Below are positions 1 through 12,220 of a DNA stretch of 64,000 nt, piece by piece (the first letter of the stretch is position 1; every line of letters begins with the position of its first letter). The notes below the pieces were generated by a model that was not told where the DNA came from, made no database searches, and was given only the letters and a program-made list of their open reading frames with translations. The stretch comes from Yuukianura sp. NJ FZ-2021 (taxonomy: Eukaryota). Made by a program: the position numbers and the translations under genes. The stretch is from NCBI GenBank assembly GCA_046563655.1, contig CM102285.1, forward strand, positions 1,674,001-1,738,000, written 5' to 3'.

Positions 1-1170
1 ACGTTCCAGCAACATCAATCGCTCGGAAGCCGTTTCAGCCCCTACTGGCAACGTCATATTGAATGGGTAACTGAAAGTGTGGATTGTTTTTTAAAACCAA
101 ATTTTTGAAAATGTGGTCTGAAGATTTTCTAGTGTACATAAATTGACAAAGTAGCAAAATTTAAATTACGTATTGTCGTTTTACATTTGATTTGTCAGTT
201 GGTTTGAATGGTTCGGAAAAGTTGTGAACGTGAGGCATTGCATTTCCTTTGGAATTGGTTTCTCTTCGTTTTGAAGCTTCCGCCGAATTGCTCCTGTGAA
301 TACCTCCATCATCACGGTCGACACGGAAACGTTGACCTTTGACCTTAACTGTTTCACTTCACCAAGGTCAAATGTCCTTGACATAGGTAAGTACCTAACA
401 GTAGAGATTCCAGGATTCCAATATGATTGTGATTTGCACACTGCACGGTAGATGAGGTCCAAGTACGATCCGATGCAGTACCACACACGCCGGAAAAAAC
501 CGAAGCAAGATTTTGGCGGTTCTTCTGGAAGTTGAAGTCTTTGAACTTCCGAGTCAGCAGCAAGCATCAAAACTTTAAAAATTGCTTCACCATCGGACAA
601 GCAATGGTCAAATTTGAAACAAATGAAGTGACAATTTGAGTTTTCGCCAAATTCCAAAAATGTAAATTCCCACGGACTGGATTTTTCCGGGAATGGAGTC
701 TGGAGCAATTGCTCGAACTGCGCATGAGCGTCAGCCTCTTGGTCCAACGTCACGTGATGAATGTGTTTGTCCATGTCGAATGACTCCTCCCACTTCCAGA
801 AGGCGTATCCACCAAACATAGTTGGATACTGCTGGAATTCGGGATAAACGAAGTCACCCGAGTCATTCCGAGCGAAAATGCACTTCGTTCGGAATCGCTC
901 TTTTACTAAATCAGAGTCTAATTTTCCAGAAACTTTGAACCAAATGAGGACCTGGAATGCTGGATGAGATACCTTCGAAAACAGAAATTGACTCTGCGGG
1001 GATAAAATTTTGCACAACTTTTTTGAAAGGCATGGCACAAATTTTGCCAAAATTTGTCTGTAGATCAAAATTGGCGATGTGAGAAAGACGAATAAAAGGA
1101 ATGCAAATCCTAGAAGAACTTTTAAAACACAAGTATGCAACTGTTTTAACTTTTTTATATTTGAACACAT
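1..1170 (-). CDS. W1: WS/DGAT-like O-acyltransferase, subfamily A, 3' end outside the window (exon 1 1170-185, exon 2 from 70 to the window edge)
   Basis: ATG at 1170 (MCSNIKK), DHCLSDG motif. Phase-2 GT-AG intron 184-71 joins NQ-IYPFNMTLPVGAETASERL, as in paralogs. Confidence 0.85.
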
Positions 1171-1369
1171 CGCCTCTACTTTTAGTAACAGTTGACAACA
1201 GTTGACCAATGAAAAACGAAAGTTGAATTGATTACGAATTTTGTTTGTATAATGTTTTTGTCATTGTTTTCGAAAGTTGATCGAAAGCCAAAGCTTTTTC
1301 TTGTATCATCTTGCATAATCTTGTATCTTCACGAATCACATCGAAGCCAGTTAGCTCAACAGCAATTAC

Positions 1370-4267
1370 CTAAGCACTTTTCGTTAGCTCGGACACAATT
1401 GAACTTATGTTAGAATGAAGTACATATAGCTCTTGTAGTTCTTCTTCTATGTAGGCTGTAAATTCCGCTGAACTTTTTTCCGTTGAACAAACACTTCCTT
1501 CCACACCAATCCAGTAGCGAAAGGTTCCGTTGTAAGACATAATGCTTGCTCCCAGCGCTATACAAAACATTTTAAGTAATTTATGCATTTAATTTAAATT
1601 GAACACGCTGTATATTTTTTGTTTGTTGTTTTTTTTGTACAGGTAATATATCAATAATATGTGTGACATGGGTCCTTGCCATTAGCTCAAAAAATTAGGT
1701 AAGCAGCTTTATGCTAGAGGTTGCATGAAAATACTATATTTATGAAAGCATTGTAATTAAATAAGCTAGAATTTATACGTAACCGTGAATAAAATTGAGT
1801 AAATTTTTACCTAATTGCATTTTTGAATTGCTTCCCTAATTTTTCTGATCTAATAGAATGCTTCGTGTTGTCGATGTAGTATATTGTTAGCATTCAAGAT
1901 ACTCGATATTGCATACTGTGTGTTACAAGTAATATCCATTTGCTCCATACCTTGAAAAGGACCTTCGCTGATATATGCCATGTCTTCCACGACGTTTCCA
2001 CAAATAGAAATTGGTTTTATTGGTCCAGGGAAAATGCTTACGGTTGCAGAAACACTGCAATTGGCCAGAATTTTGGAAAGGAACCAGTGAAAAGGGCTAC
2101 AAGGTGGCCAACCAATGACGATTTCCTTTGACGTTCCGCTTGTGCTTGGTTTTCCAGCAACATCATTCGCTCGGAAGCCGTTTCAGCTTCTACTGGCAAC
2201 GTCATGTCAAATAGGTAGCTGAAAATTTGAATTTTCTTTTAAAACTGTTTTTTAAACCCAAACTTTCGAAATTGTCCTCTTAGGTTTTTCAAAGTGGACA
2301 AAAATTTACCAACTAGCAAGATTTAAATTAAGTACCGTAAATGCTCTAATGCAAGCGCGTATTCTAATAGAAGCGCATACTCTAATGCAAGCGCGGTTTC
2401 AGCGGGGGCAAATTGCGATATAAGCGCGGTAGCTAACTTGAGTTTAAAGCAGAGCCTAGAGCAAAGTGACATCATCTGTTTAACTTCTATGATGCTAATT
2501 TGACTCAAATCAAAATGTAGCACTTAAATACAAGTTTTAAAAATGGTGTAACTAAAATACGATCGTTTGATCTCAGTTAAAAGTGGTTCAGTACGCTTCT
2601 ACTAATACCACGGATGGTAACACAGCTCACTTCGGAATACACCGAAAACAAGTCTTCAGTTGGCTGAAGCAAAAGGATAATATCGGTAAAAATTTAACTA
2701 ATTTTACCTTTCGACTCGAGAAAACAACTTTCTAAAGAAGCAGACAAAATGGTTTACGATTGGATTTTAAATCAGCGCACCAACCAGCAAAGTGTCTCCT
2801 TCAAATCTATTCGTGTGAAAGCTAGGGAAGTCTACTCTGCAGTGCTTCAAACAAACGAATTTCATGCCAGCAGTGGTTGGCTACAAAAATTTATGAAGCG
2901 CCATGACCTCAGTTTGAGAAAGAAAGCGTCGTTGGCTCAAAAAGATCCAAATTCGTTATTTGAGTAGCTTGTCGAGTTCGTCATGTACACTTCCAACCTC
3001 GCTGTTACGAATAAAATTTCCAACCCAAATATTATTGCCATGACTGGAATATTTTTTGACATGCCAAGTATTACTACAGTGGGCACATTTGGAGGAGGCT
3101 TGAAGAAAGCAACAGTGACACCAGCGACGAATGGGATCACTATTAATTGAATTTGATCTCACCTAAAACTTATTAATTATTGCGGTAATAAATAGTGTTC
3201 TAATAGAGGCGCGTCCGAAAGGTCGAAAATTCTTATAAGCGGCGCGCTTATATTAGAGCATTTACGGTATTGTCGTTTTACATTTGGTTTGTCAGTTGGT
3301 TTGAATGGTTCGGAAAAGTTGTGAACGTGAGGCATCGCATTTCCTTTGGAAATGGTTTCTGTTCGTTTTGAAGTTTCCGCCGAATTGCTCCTGCGAATAA
3401 CTCCATCATCACGGTCCACACGGAAACGTTGACCTTTGACCTGATTTGTTTCACCTCACCAAGGTCAAATGCCCTTGACATAGGGAAGTGCTTAACACTA
3501 GAGCTTCCAGGATTCCAATATGGTGGTGATTTGTAGACTGCGCGGTAGATAAGGTCCAAGTACGATCCGACGAAGTACGACACTCGCCGGAGAAAGCCGA
3601 AGCAAGACGATGGCGGTTCTTCTGGAAGTTGAAGTCTTTGAACTTCCGAGTCAGCAGCAAGCATCAAGACTTTAAAAATTGCTTCACCATCGGACAAGCA
3701 ATGGTCAAATTTGAAACAAATGAAGTGACAATTTGAGTTTTCGCCAAATTCCAAAAATGTAAATTCCCACGGACTGGATTTTTCTGGAAATGGATTCTGG
3801 AGAATCCGTTTGAACTGCGCATGAGCGTCAGCCTCTCGGTCCAGAGTCACGTGATGGATGTGTTTGTCCATGTCGAATGACTCCTCCCACTTCCAGAAGG
3901 CGTATCCACCGAACATAGTTGGATACTGTTGGAATTCGGGATAAACGAAGTCACCCGAGTCATCCCGAGCGAAAATGCACTTCGTTCGGAATCGTTCCTT
4001 TACTAAATCACGATCCAATTTTCCGGAAACTTTGAACCAAATGAGAACCTGGTATGCTGGAGAAGATCCTACGGAAAATAGAAACTGACTCTGCGGGGAT
4101 AAAATTTTGTACAACTTTTTTGAAAGACATGGCACAAATTTTGCTAAAACTTGCCTGTAGATCAAAATTGGCCATGTGACAAAGAAGAATAGAAGGAATG
4201 CAAATCCTAGAAGAACTTTTACAACAGACGTATGCACCTGCTTTAACTTTTTTATATTTGAACACAT
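1370..4267 (-). pseudogene. W2: WS/DGAT-like gene, subfamily A, frameshifted in exon 2 (exons 4267-3282, 2218-1951, 1557-1370)
   Basis: Exon 1 is open with DHCLSDG. Exon 2 is 268 bp rather than 278; the net 10-bp loss after GSFPK gives a premature TAA at 2040-2038. Intron 1 holds a 933-bp transposon. Confidence 0.8.
2335..3267 (+). mobile_element. Non-autonomous pogo/Tigger-like DNA transposon with a CENP-B-type HTH transposase fragment
   Basis: TIRs CCGTAAATGCTCTAAT(GC/AT)AAGCGCG, 23/25 match. TA duplication at 2333-34 and 3268-69. The W1 intron shows the empty site (ttaaattacgTAttgtcg). ORF 2749-2967 contains FHASSGWLQKFMKRHDLSLRK, typical of the pogo/Tc5 HTH. Confidence 0.9.
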
Positions 4268-4719
4268 CGCCTCTGCTTTTAGTAATGGTTAACAATAGTT
4301 GCCCAATTAAAAACGAAGGTTCAATTGATTAGGAATTTTTTGTAATATTTTTTGTCTTTTTTTCGAAAGTTGATCGAAAACCTGAAAAGCTTCTTCAAAC
4401 CAGCCAAATTTCAACATTTTCATAAGGAACAGGTTTCCTCATTTTTCTGTTCAAAGACAAAATTAGTATGAACATAAAATGATGTTGTCAAGTTACATTA
4501 TGTTAGGCAGTTTTACGTCACTTAAAAGACTGTACTCGTACTTGTTCTGATATGTTAATTTATGCTAATCATCAGCTTTTGCTAAATCTCATAAATAAAT
4601 GGATTAGGTATGTGGCGCGTGGCAATAATCTCTCTATAATTCACCTCACAAGAGGATGATAGTTGCATAGAACAGATAAGCTAGGATAGCCGCTCCTCCA
4701 ATTGCTCCATCCTAGATTA

Positions 4720-4792
4720 GAACGTGATAGCCGAAGTGGTATAGAGCATATTCACACCGTGAGGAGACGCGGTTTCGAATCCCGCTTCGTTC
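4720..4792 (+). other. tRNA-like sequence (tRNA pseudogene or tRNA-derived SINE head)
   Basis: A-box-like TAGCCGAAGTGG, T-arm GCGGT-TTCGAAT-CCCGC and partial acceptor stem GAACG/CGTTC. The anticodon arm is not canonical. Confidence 0.5.
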
Positions 4793-6133
4793 TTAATTTT
4801 TCCTGCACTCTCGCGGCACTATCTTCCAGCACATGGAAACCCTGAACTTCACTATTACTATTAGTCCACTTATGTAACGTTTCATTGCTCCATGGTTAGA
4901 ATATACTGAACTCTGTTACTTACAAAATAGTAGATGAAGAATTTTTATTTGTTCCGATTTTGAAAAAAGTCTTATGAAACCGTGTAATTTTTATGTTCAT
5001 TTTTTGTGAATTTTTTTTGTTCTGCACACTCTGATAAGAAAGTACGAAATAAGGAAGCTGGAACAGAATTTAAGAGTTGATTCGGGTGATTCGAGAGTAA
5101 ACGAAAAGAAGAATTTTCGACGGAAAAATTATGCTTTGTTCGCATACGGAAATTACCACAACAAATGCACATGCTTTGGATATGTTTGTGCAGGCATCAA
5201 GGGATACTTTGCGTCAACTATTTTCATATTCAAGAAATGAATCTACGATATGACAAGGGAGAACGCTATTAATTCCAAATTGAATTCGTTCAAGAGCTCA
5301 AATAGTTCAAAAACATTACGGTCAATGCGTATTTAGGATAGGTGTATGAACTAATTTGTTGAACCAATTTAGTTGAACCATTAACATGGAAATATGTCAA
5401 CTGGCTCTAAAATTTATATTTTTCCAATGCTTAAATTCCATCAACATGATTTCTGTCAATGTTAAACAGTCGTATTCGACTCCAAGTGTATAATTTTGAT
5501 GCTGTTTCAACTTTCAGCCATTTTGTGAGAATTGACCTTGAACATCATTTAGCTTTTTGCACAATTTGTTTTTGAGTACAGAAGACGCTAGTTTACAAAA
5601 AATTCGATTTACGGAAATGCTGGCACCAATTTTCATAGCATTAAATAGAATAGCCCTATCCATTTTAAAAGTCAAAAACAACTTCTGAATTGGAATACAA
5701 AATTGCATACGCCGCTAATGTATGCAAAGCTTAAAATCGCTAGTGCTGAATTGAGTTAGCTTCACCATGCAGTTGAAGCTTGTAGAGGTGTGTCTCATAC
5801 GTTTTGTTTCCAAATGGCTTTGTCTAATTCTAAGAGTTAAGATAAATTTAACAATTGCAATAATCAGCCAAATTATTATCTCATCTTACATCATTAACTT
5901 TTTTTTTAGTTTTAGTTTTGACTACTGAAATCTTTACTACCATACCCTGTAACCAGACAAACTTAACACTTTATGATTGAATGAGCATCGCTATGGTGTA
6001 AAACCGAAAAGCTGTGAACGGAAATAAAATTGTGAAATGATGTTTTGTCAATTTTGGACAAAACGTTAAAATACAGAAAATTAGGTGAACATACCATTGG
6101 AAACTAAAATAATATATTTTTGCTATATACATA

Positions 6134-7975
6134 TTAAACAAGTCCGCCCTCTGTGTCTGAAAGCATGTCATCAAGCTCATCTGCGATGTAGCCAGCAAAT
6201 TCTGTTGAGCTTTTTTCTGTTGAACAAATCTTGCTATCCACTGATATCCAGTAACGGAATGTTCCATTGTAGGAAATAACGCATGCAGTCAGCTCTACAA
6301 AGAAAAAGTTTGCTAAATAATTTATGGAAAGCTATAAGTATATGTTGTAATATATCAATAATTTATGTTATAAATGTTAATACGAAAATTTATGTTAGAG
6401 TAAAGTTATAATATGACAATTATGTTCACATATCAAACATTTTGTCGTACACTAACTTGTTAGAATTTATGTTTTAGTATGTTAATATCCTTCTATCGGT
6501 TTAGCATAATATATGTACATGTTTCAATACTTTACTGTGTTTTGCATATTACTAGTATACCGAATTGTTGCATACCTTCAATACAACTTTCGACAGCGTA
6601 CGCCATATCTTCAACAACATTTCCACAAATAGAAATTGGTTTTGTTGGCCCAGGAAAAATGCTTACCACCGCCGAACAGCCCGGGAACAGTGGAATTAAC
6701 CAGCGCATTGGAAATGAACCAATGAAAAGAGATACCAAATAGCCAACTGATGAGGATTTCCGTTGACGTTCCGCTTGTGCTTGGCTTTCCAGCAACATCA
6801 GTCGCTCGGAAGACGTTTCAGCTCCTACTGGCAACGTCATGTCAAATATGTAACTGAAAGTTTGGAATTATTTTTAAAAGGACTGTTTTTTGAAGCTTAA
6901 AAATTTAAAAAATTTTTCAAGCAGTGCTCGATGTTTTTAAAAGTAAATTAACTAGCTAGCCAGATTTAAGTTAATTATTGTCGATTTACAGCTGGTTTGT
7001 CAGTTGGTTTGAATGGTTTGGGAAACTTATGAACGTAACGCATCGCATTTCCTTGGGAATTGGCTTCTGTTCGTTTTGAAGTTTCCGCCGAATTGCCCCA
7101 GTGAATAACTCCATCATCACGGTCCACACGGAAACGTTGAACTTTGACCTCAACTGTTTCACTTCACCAAGGTCAAATGTCCTTGACATAGGTAAGTACC
7201 TAATCGTGGAAATTCCGGGCTTCCAATATGATGGCAATTTATAGACTCCGCGGTAGATAAGTTCCAAGTACGATTCGATGCAGTACGACACACGCCGGAA
7301 AAAGCCGAAGCAAGATTTTGGCGGTTCTTTTGGAAATTGAAGTCTTTGAACTTCCGAGTCAGCAGCAAGCATCAAAACATTAAAAATTGCTTCACCATCG
7401 GACAGGCAATGGTCAAATTTGAAACAAATGAAGTGACAATCTGAGTTATCGCCAAACTCCAAAAACGTTAGTTCCCACGGACTGGATTTCTCTGGAAATG
7501 GACTCTGGAGCATCCGTTTCAACTGCGCATGAGCGTCAGCCTCTTGGTCCAACGTCACGTGATGAATGTGTTTGTCCATGTCGAATGACTCCTCCCACTT
7601 CCAGAAGGCGTATCCACCAAACATAGTTGGATACTGCTGGAATTCGGGGTAAACGAAGTCGCCCGAGTCATTCCGAACGAAAAGGCATTTCGTTCGGAAT
7701 CGCTCTTTTAATAAATCAGAGTCCATTTTTCCAGAGACTTTGAACCAAATGAGAACGTTGAATGGTGCATAAGGTCCACAGGAATAGTAAAGTTGGCTTC
7801 GCGGAGACAAAATTTTTCCCAACTTTTTGAAAAAGCGTGGTCCAAATTTCGCTAAAATTTGTCTGTAGATCAAAATTGGCCATGTCAGAAAAAAGAATAG
7901 AAGAAATCCAAATCCTAGAAAAACTTTTACAACACATCTACGCAACTCCTCAAACTTTTTTCTGTTTGAACACAT
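6134..7975 (-). CDS. W3: WS/DGAT-like O-acyltransferase, subfamily A, 474 aa (exons 7975-6990, 6853-6576, 6294-6134)
   Basis: Spliced frame open (986+278+161 nt). DHCLSDG, SIFPGP and ISYNG motifs; canonical splice sites. Confidence 0.88.
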
Positions 7976-8751
7976 TGCCTCTAGTTTCCGTATCACTTGG
8001 TTAACTAATTAAACAGTGAAAAGCAAAAGTTAATTTGATAAGAACTTATAACAATCTTTGTATTTTTGCCCCAAGTTGAACAAAAACTTGAAAAAAAAAT
8101 TGTGAAACCAGTTCACCTTGTTGTAACCTTTTCAAACTAGTAAACTTCACTTTTCACTTTTTCAAACTAAACTGGTTTCCACATTGTCCTGTTTAACAAG
8201 AAGCACAAAGAATGACAAAGAATGCAAAAGATGTGGCATTCCACAATTCGCAATAACTTTACCTCTTTACAACGTTAGTTATGCTTTTAGTATTAATATA
8301 TTAATTTGCGCAAGTTATGTTAGAATTAAAATGTGATGTAGTTGATTAGATTACTAATACATTTGTGTTGGTTTTAGAAAGTGAAATTTTGAAACGGAAT
8401 TCTGTAAATTTTTCAAAACATAACGTATAACAGTACAGAAGACTATGCAAACAGGCGTTTGTGAATTTTACAAACGCCTATTGAATAGCTAAATGAATAT
8501 TTACACTATTTTCTGTGTACATAAGTATTCAGTGTTACCTATACCGCAATACCAACTAAAGTAGGCGTAGCCATTACATACACCGTTTTTGTAAAAATGA
8601 CTTTACAAAATTTAACTTGCGGAACAAATTTCCAACCCTGCCAAACCTGGAAAAGAAAAGTTTAATTTTCCTTTAAAGAACATCATAATTAAATTATAAT
8701 TAGTAACATTTCACTTTGAATAGCATAGCTTAAGCATGATTTCTGTCAAAG

Positions 8752-10728
8752 TTAAGCAGTCATGCTTGACTCCAACTGTAGTAGCTCACGAAGTTCATCA
8801 TCAAGGTATCGAACAAATTCCGCTGAGTTTTGTTCTGTGTAACAAATTTTACCATCGACTCCCAGCCAGTACCGAAACTTTCCGTTGTACGAAGAAATGT
8901 TAACCATCAGTGCTAAAGAACAAAGTAATTTCAGGTTAACCAAATATGTTTTAGGTATAATATGTTGTGTGGTATATATTGTGTATTGCTGTTATTTTGC
9001 CTGAGTATGATTCAAGCTGTACACATAATATGTTACATAACCGAACGTCTTTACTATACGTTTCGTTACTTGTTTTGAGGATAACGCACAAGGCTGTCTG
9101 ACAACAAAACGCGAATTTTCTTTAATAGATTAGATACTACCTCATTTGTTGACAAAAAAAAACAAGAATTGGTATCAATCCAAAGAAAATGGCGCCAATT
9201 TGTATGCAAAATTTAAAAATTCGGCTGTATCGTTATGACTATAATGCCTCGAAATGAAGGGACACTTTTGTTTTGCGAAATCAAAAAAAAAACATGAGGT
9301 ATTATGCAACCTATTAAAGAAAATTGAAGTCAACAAACCTCGATAACGCATGTCTTTGAAGTGTTTTTATCGTTTTCATAAAATTACGCACCATGAGTGC
9401 CACCATGTACAGCGTATGCCATATCCTCCACAAGGTTTCCACCAATAGAAAATTGTTTCGTTGGCCCAGGAAAAATACTTGTGACTATCGAATTTACAGG
9501 AAGGAGAGGAGCCATCCAGCATGTTGGCATGGAACAATTGAGAAGTTGTAAGAAATATGCCACCAAACTAGACTTCACTATACGTTCTCTTTGTGTTTGA
9601 CCTTCAAGCAACATCAAACGTTTTAACCCACTCGCAGTTTCAACTGGTAGTGCCATGGCAAGCATCATACTGAAAAATAATCAAAACTGTACTAAAGTTA
9701 CAATGGAAACTATAATGTTTCAACGTATATGAATCAAAATCTGAACTTTACACTTTGTTTGTCAAGTTCTTCGGGTGGTTTGGAGCCAAAACGGTAGTCA
9801 TACAAAGCATGTGGCTTGGAATTGGCTTTTTCTCAGTTTGGAGTTTCCTTCGTATGGCTCCTGTGAGTACTCCTACCATCGCCATGGACACGGACACATT
9901 GACCTTTGACTTCAACTGTTTCGCTTGACCCAGGTCAAATGACCTTGACATTGGAAAACGGCTGACCCCGGTAAGATTTGAACCATCGAAAATCATTGGA
10001 GTTGTGTCAGTAGCATTGTAAATTATATTGAAATACGAACTGATGAAATAAAAAATGTTTCGGAAAAAACCGAAACAGGAAGTTTGTGGCTCTTTTGGAA
10101 ACTGAACTCGATGGGGTTCGGAGTCCGCCATACGCATCAAAGCATCAAAAATTGCTTCACCGTCACACAAACTGTGGTGAAATTTGAAGCAAATGAAGTG
10201 ACAACCTGAGTTATCGCCACACTCCAAAAATGTCGCTTCCCACGGACTAGATTTTTCTGGAAGCGGAGTCTGGAGCATCCGCTCGAACTGCGCATGAGCG
10301 TCAGCTTCTTGGTCCAAAGTGACGTGATGAATGTGTTTGTCCATGTCGAATGACTCCTCCCACTTCCAAAAGGCGTATCCACCAAGCATAGTTGGATACT
10401 GCTGGAATTCGGGATAAACAAAATCACCCGACTCATTCCGAACAAAAATGCATTTTGTTCGGAGCCGTTCTTTGATTAATTCACAGTTCGACTTTCCAGA
10501 AAGTTTAAACCAAATGAGAACATTAAATGCTTCTGGGCGTTTGAAGCTAAAGAAAAATTGGCTTTGCGGAGATAGAATTTTACCCAACTTTTTGGAAAAG
10601 TATGATCCGAATACACTTAGAATTTGTCTGTAGATCAAAATCGGGAATGTTAAAGGAATAAACAGAAGAAATCCCACCCCAAGAATAAATTTTAAAACAC
10701 TAATACGTAACTTGCTGATCGAGAACAT
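8752..10728 (-). CDS. W4: WS/DGAT-like O-acyltransferase, divergent subfamily D, 471 aa (exons 10728-9752, 9669-9392, 8912-8752)
   Basis: Spliced frame open (977+278+161 nt). HHSLCDG, SIFPGP, SSYNG. Confidence 0.88.
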
Positions 10729-12220
10729 ACTAGACTGCAGATGTATATTGCCAATAGTTAAGTTCGAGTTTTACGTGTAGTGTGCAAGACGGGAAGTGAT
10801 TTGTCAGGAAACAGCCTCTTTTAGTTAATCACTAAGTTTTTTCAAGTTTGAAGTTAGATTAGCAGTGCACTACAATACTTGTAGTAAATTGAAATGATAT
10901 TTCAATACAAATAACGAAGGAAAATTGGAAATGGGTCAGAAAATTTTGTAAATGGGAAAATTACATTACTTATTATTATTACGAAAGGAATTTTCCTTGA
11001 ATTTTGTTTCTTTTTTCGGAAGAAATTATTACGTAAACTTCTCCGAAAGTTGAATTGAATGGAACGTTGAATTAAATTAAAAGAAAAGAAACAGGTATAG
11101 ACCTGAACTTTATTCAAAATTATTTTTTTATATTGTCAAGTCAACATTATTTGCTCAGTTTTTTTTTTCTTTAAATAACTTTTTTTTTTTCGAATGATGA
11201 GGTAAACGTTAATTAAATTCCCAAGCCAGTTTAGTTTCATTACTCGTTTTCCTAATAATGTGGTATAAAAATGTTACGAAAAAAAAAGCTGAGTTGCGCA
11301 ATTACATACTTTGCATTAACTGCGCAATAAAAAAATTATTTTTTGTAGTACGTGTCAATAATCTTGTAATGTTTAGCTTACACGCTCTATCACAATAGAA
11401 TTGTTGAAATTTTGCACTGGTGACAGAAAAATTTTTGTGGTAAATTCAACATCACATGCCTGTCCAAAATACCAAATATGGAGTAAATAGCGTAAAACTT
11501 CTAGTAAACTGTGAATCGTTATTACACGCCAGGCCTGAAGGCTCGCAAATTTAATAAAAGCCACTTTCACTTATTTGATGTTTTACATAACGAACAGCAA
11601 AACTGAGTTGTAACAAGTGTCGTTGACTATCCACGTTTTCGACATTTCATCCACGGTTGATATATGTGGAAGAAATAGACGAAATGGATGAATCTAAACA
11701 GGCGGAGCTTTGCCCGCAAGGTTTTAAATTTTAATTAACTAAATAAGTAGCAATAAGCCACTGGACGTTTCCGACTGCTGCAACACTGGTTATAACATAC
11801 GCAAAGTGGATGTCAATAAAAACACGCATATTCAAATCAACAAAGTTAGTTGGCGTTGCCACTAAAACAGTTTTTCAATAAAATGTATATTATTTATATT
11901 ATTTTAAACTATTATTATTAATTAATAAAATAAAATTTGTTTTTATTTAATTTGTCGTTGTTAAACTTATGATATTTTGTTCATATTTAAACAAATGAAT
12001 AGATTTATTTCCGTGACAAGCCCTAAAAACTTTTAGCCGACTAAATTATGATTTTGTGGGTTGAAGGTTTTCAGGTTTTGTTTATTTCTGAATTACAAAT
12101 GCATAACTTGAGAAATTAACTTGTTTCTCGGAATATTCCTTTTTTCAAAATTTTCTTGTATTGACTTTCCCTAACCTTCACCAGAAATCATGTTGAGGCT
12201 ACTAGCTCAACAGCAATTAC

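Noticed and set aside
4720-4792. Functional tRNA gene
   Set aside because: The anticodon arm and stems are non-canonical; kept only as a tRNA-like or SINE element.
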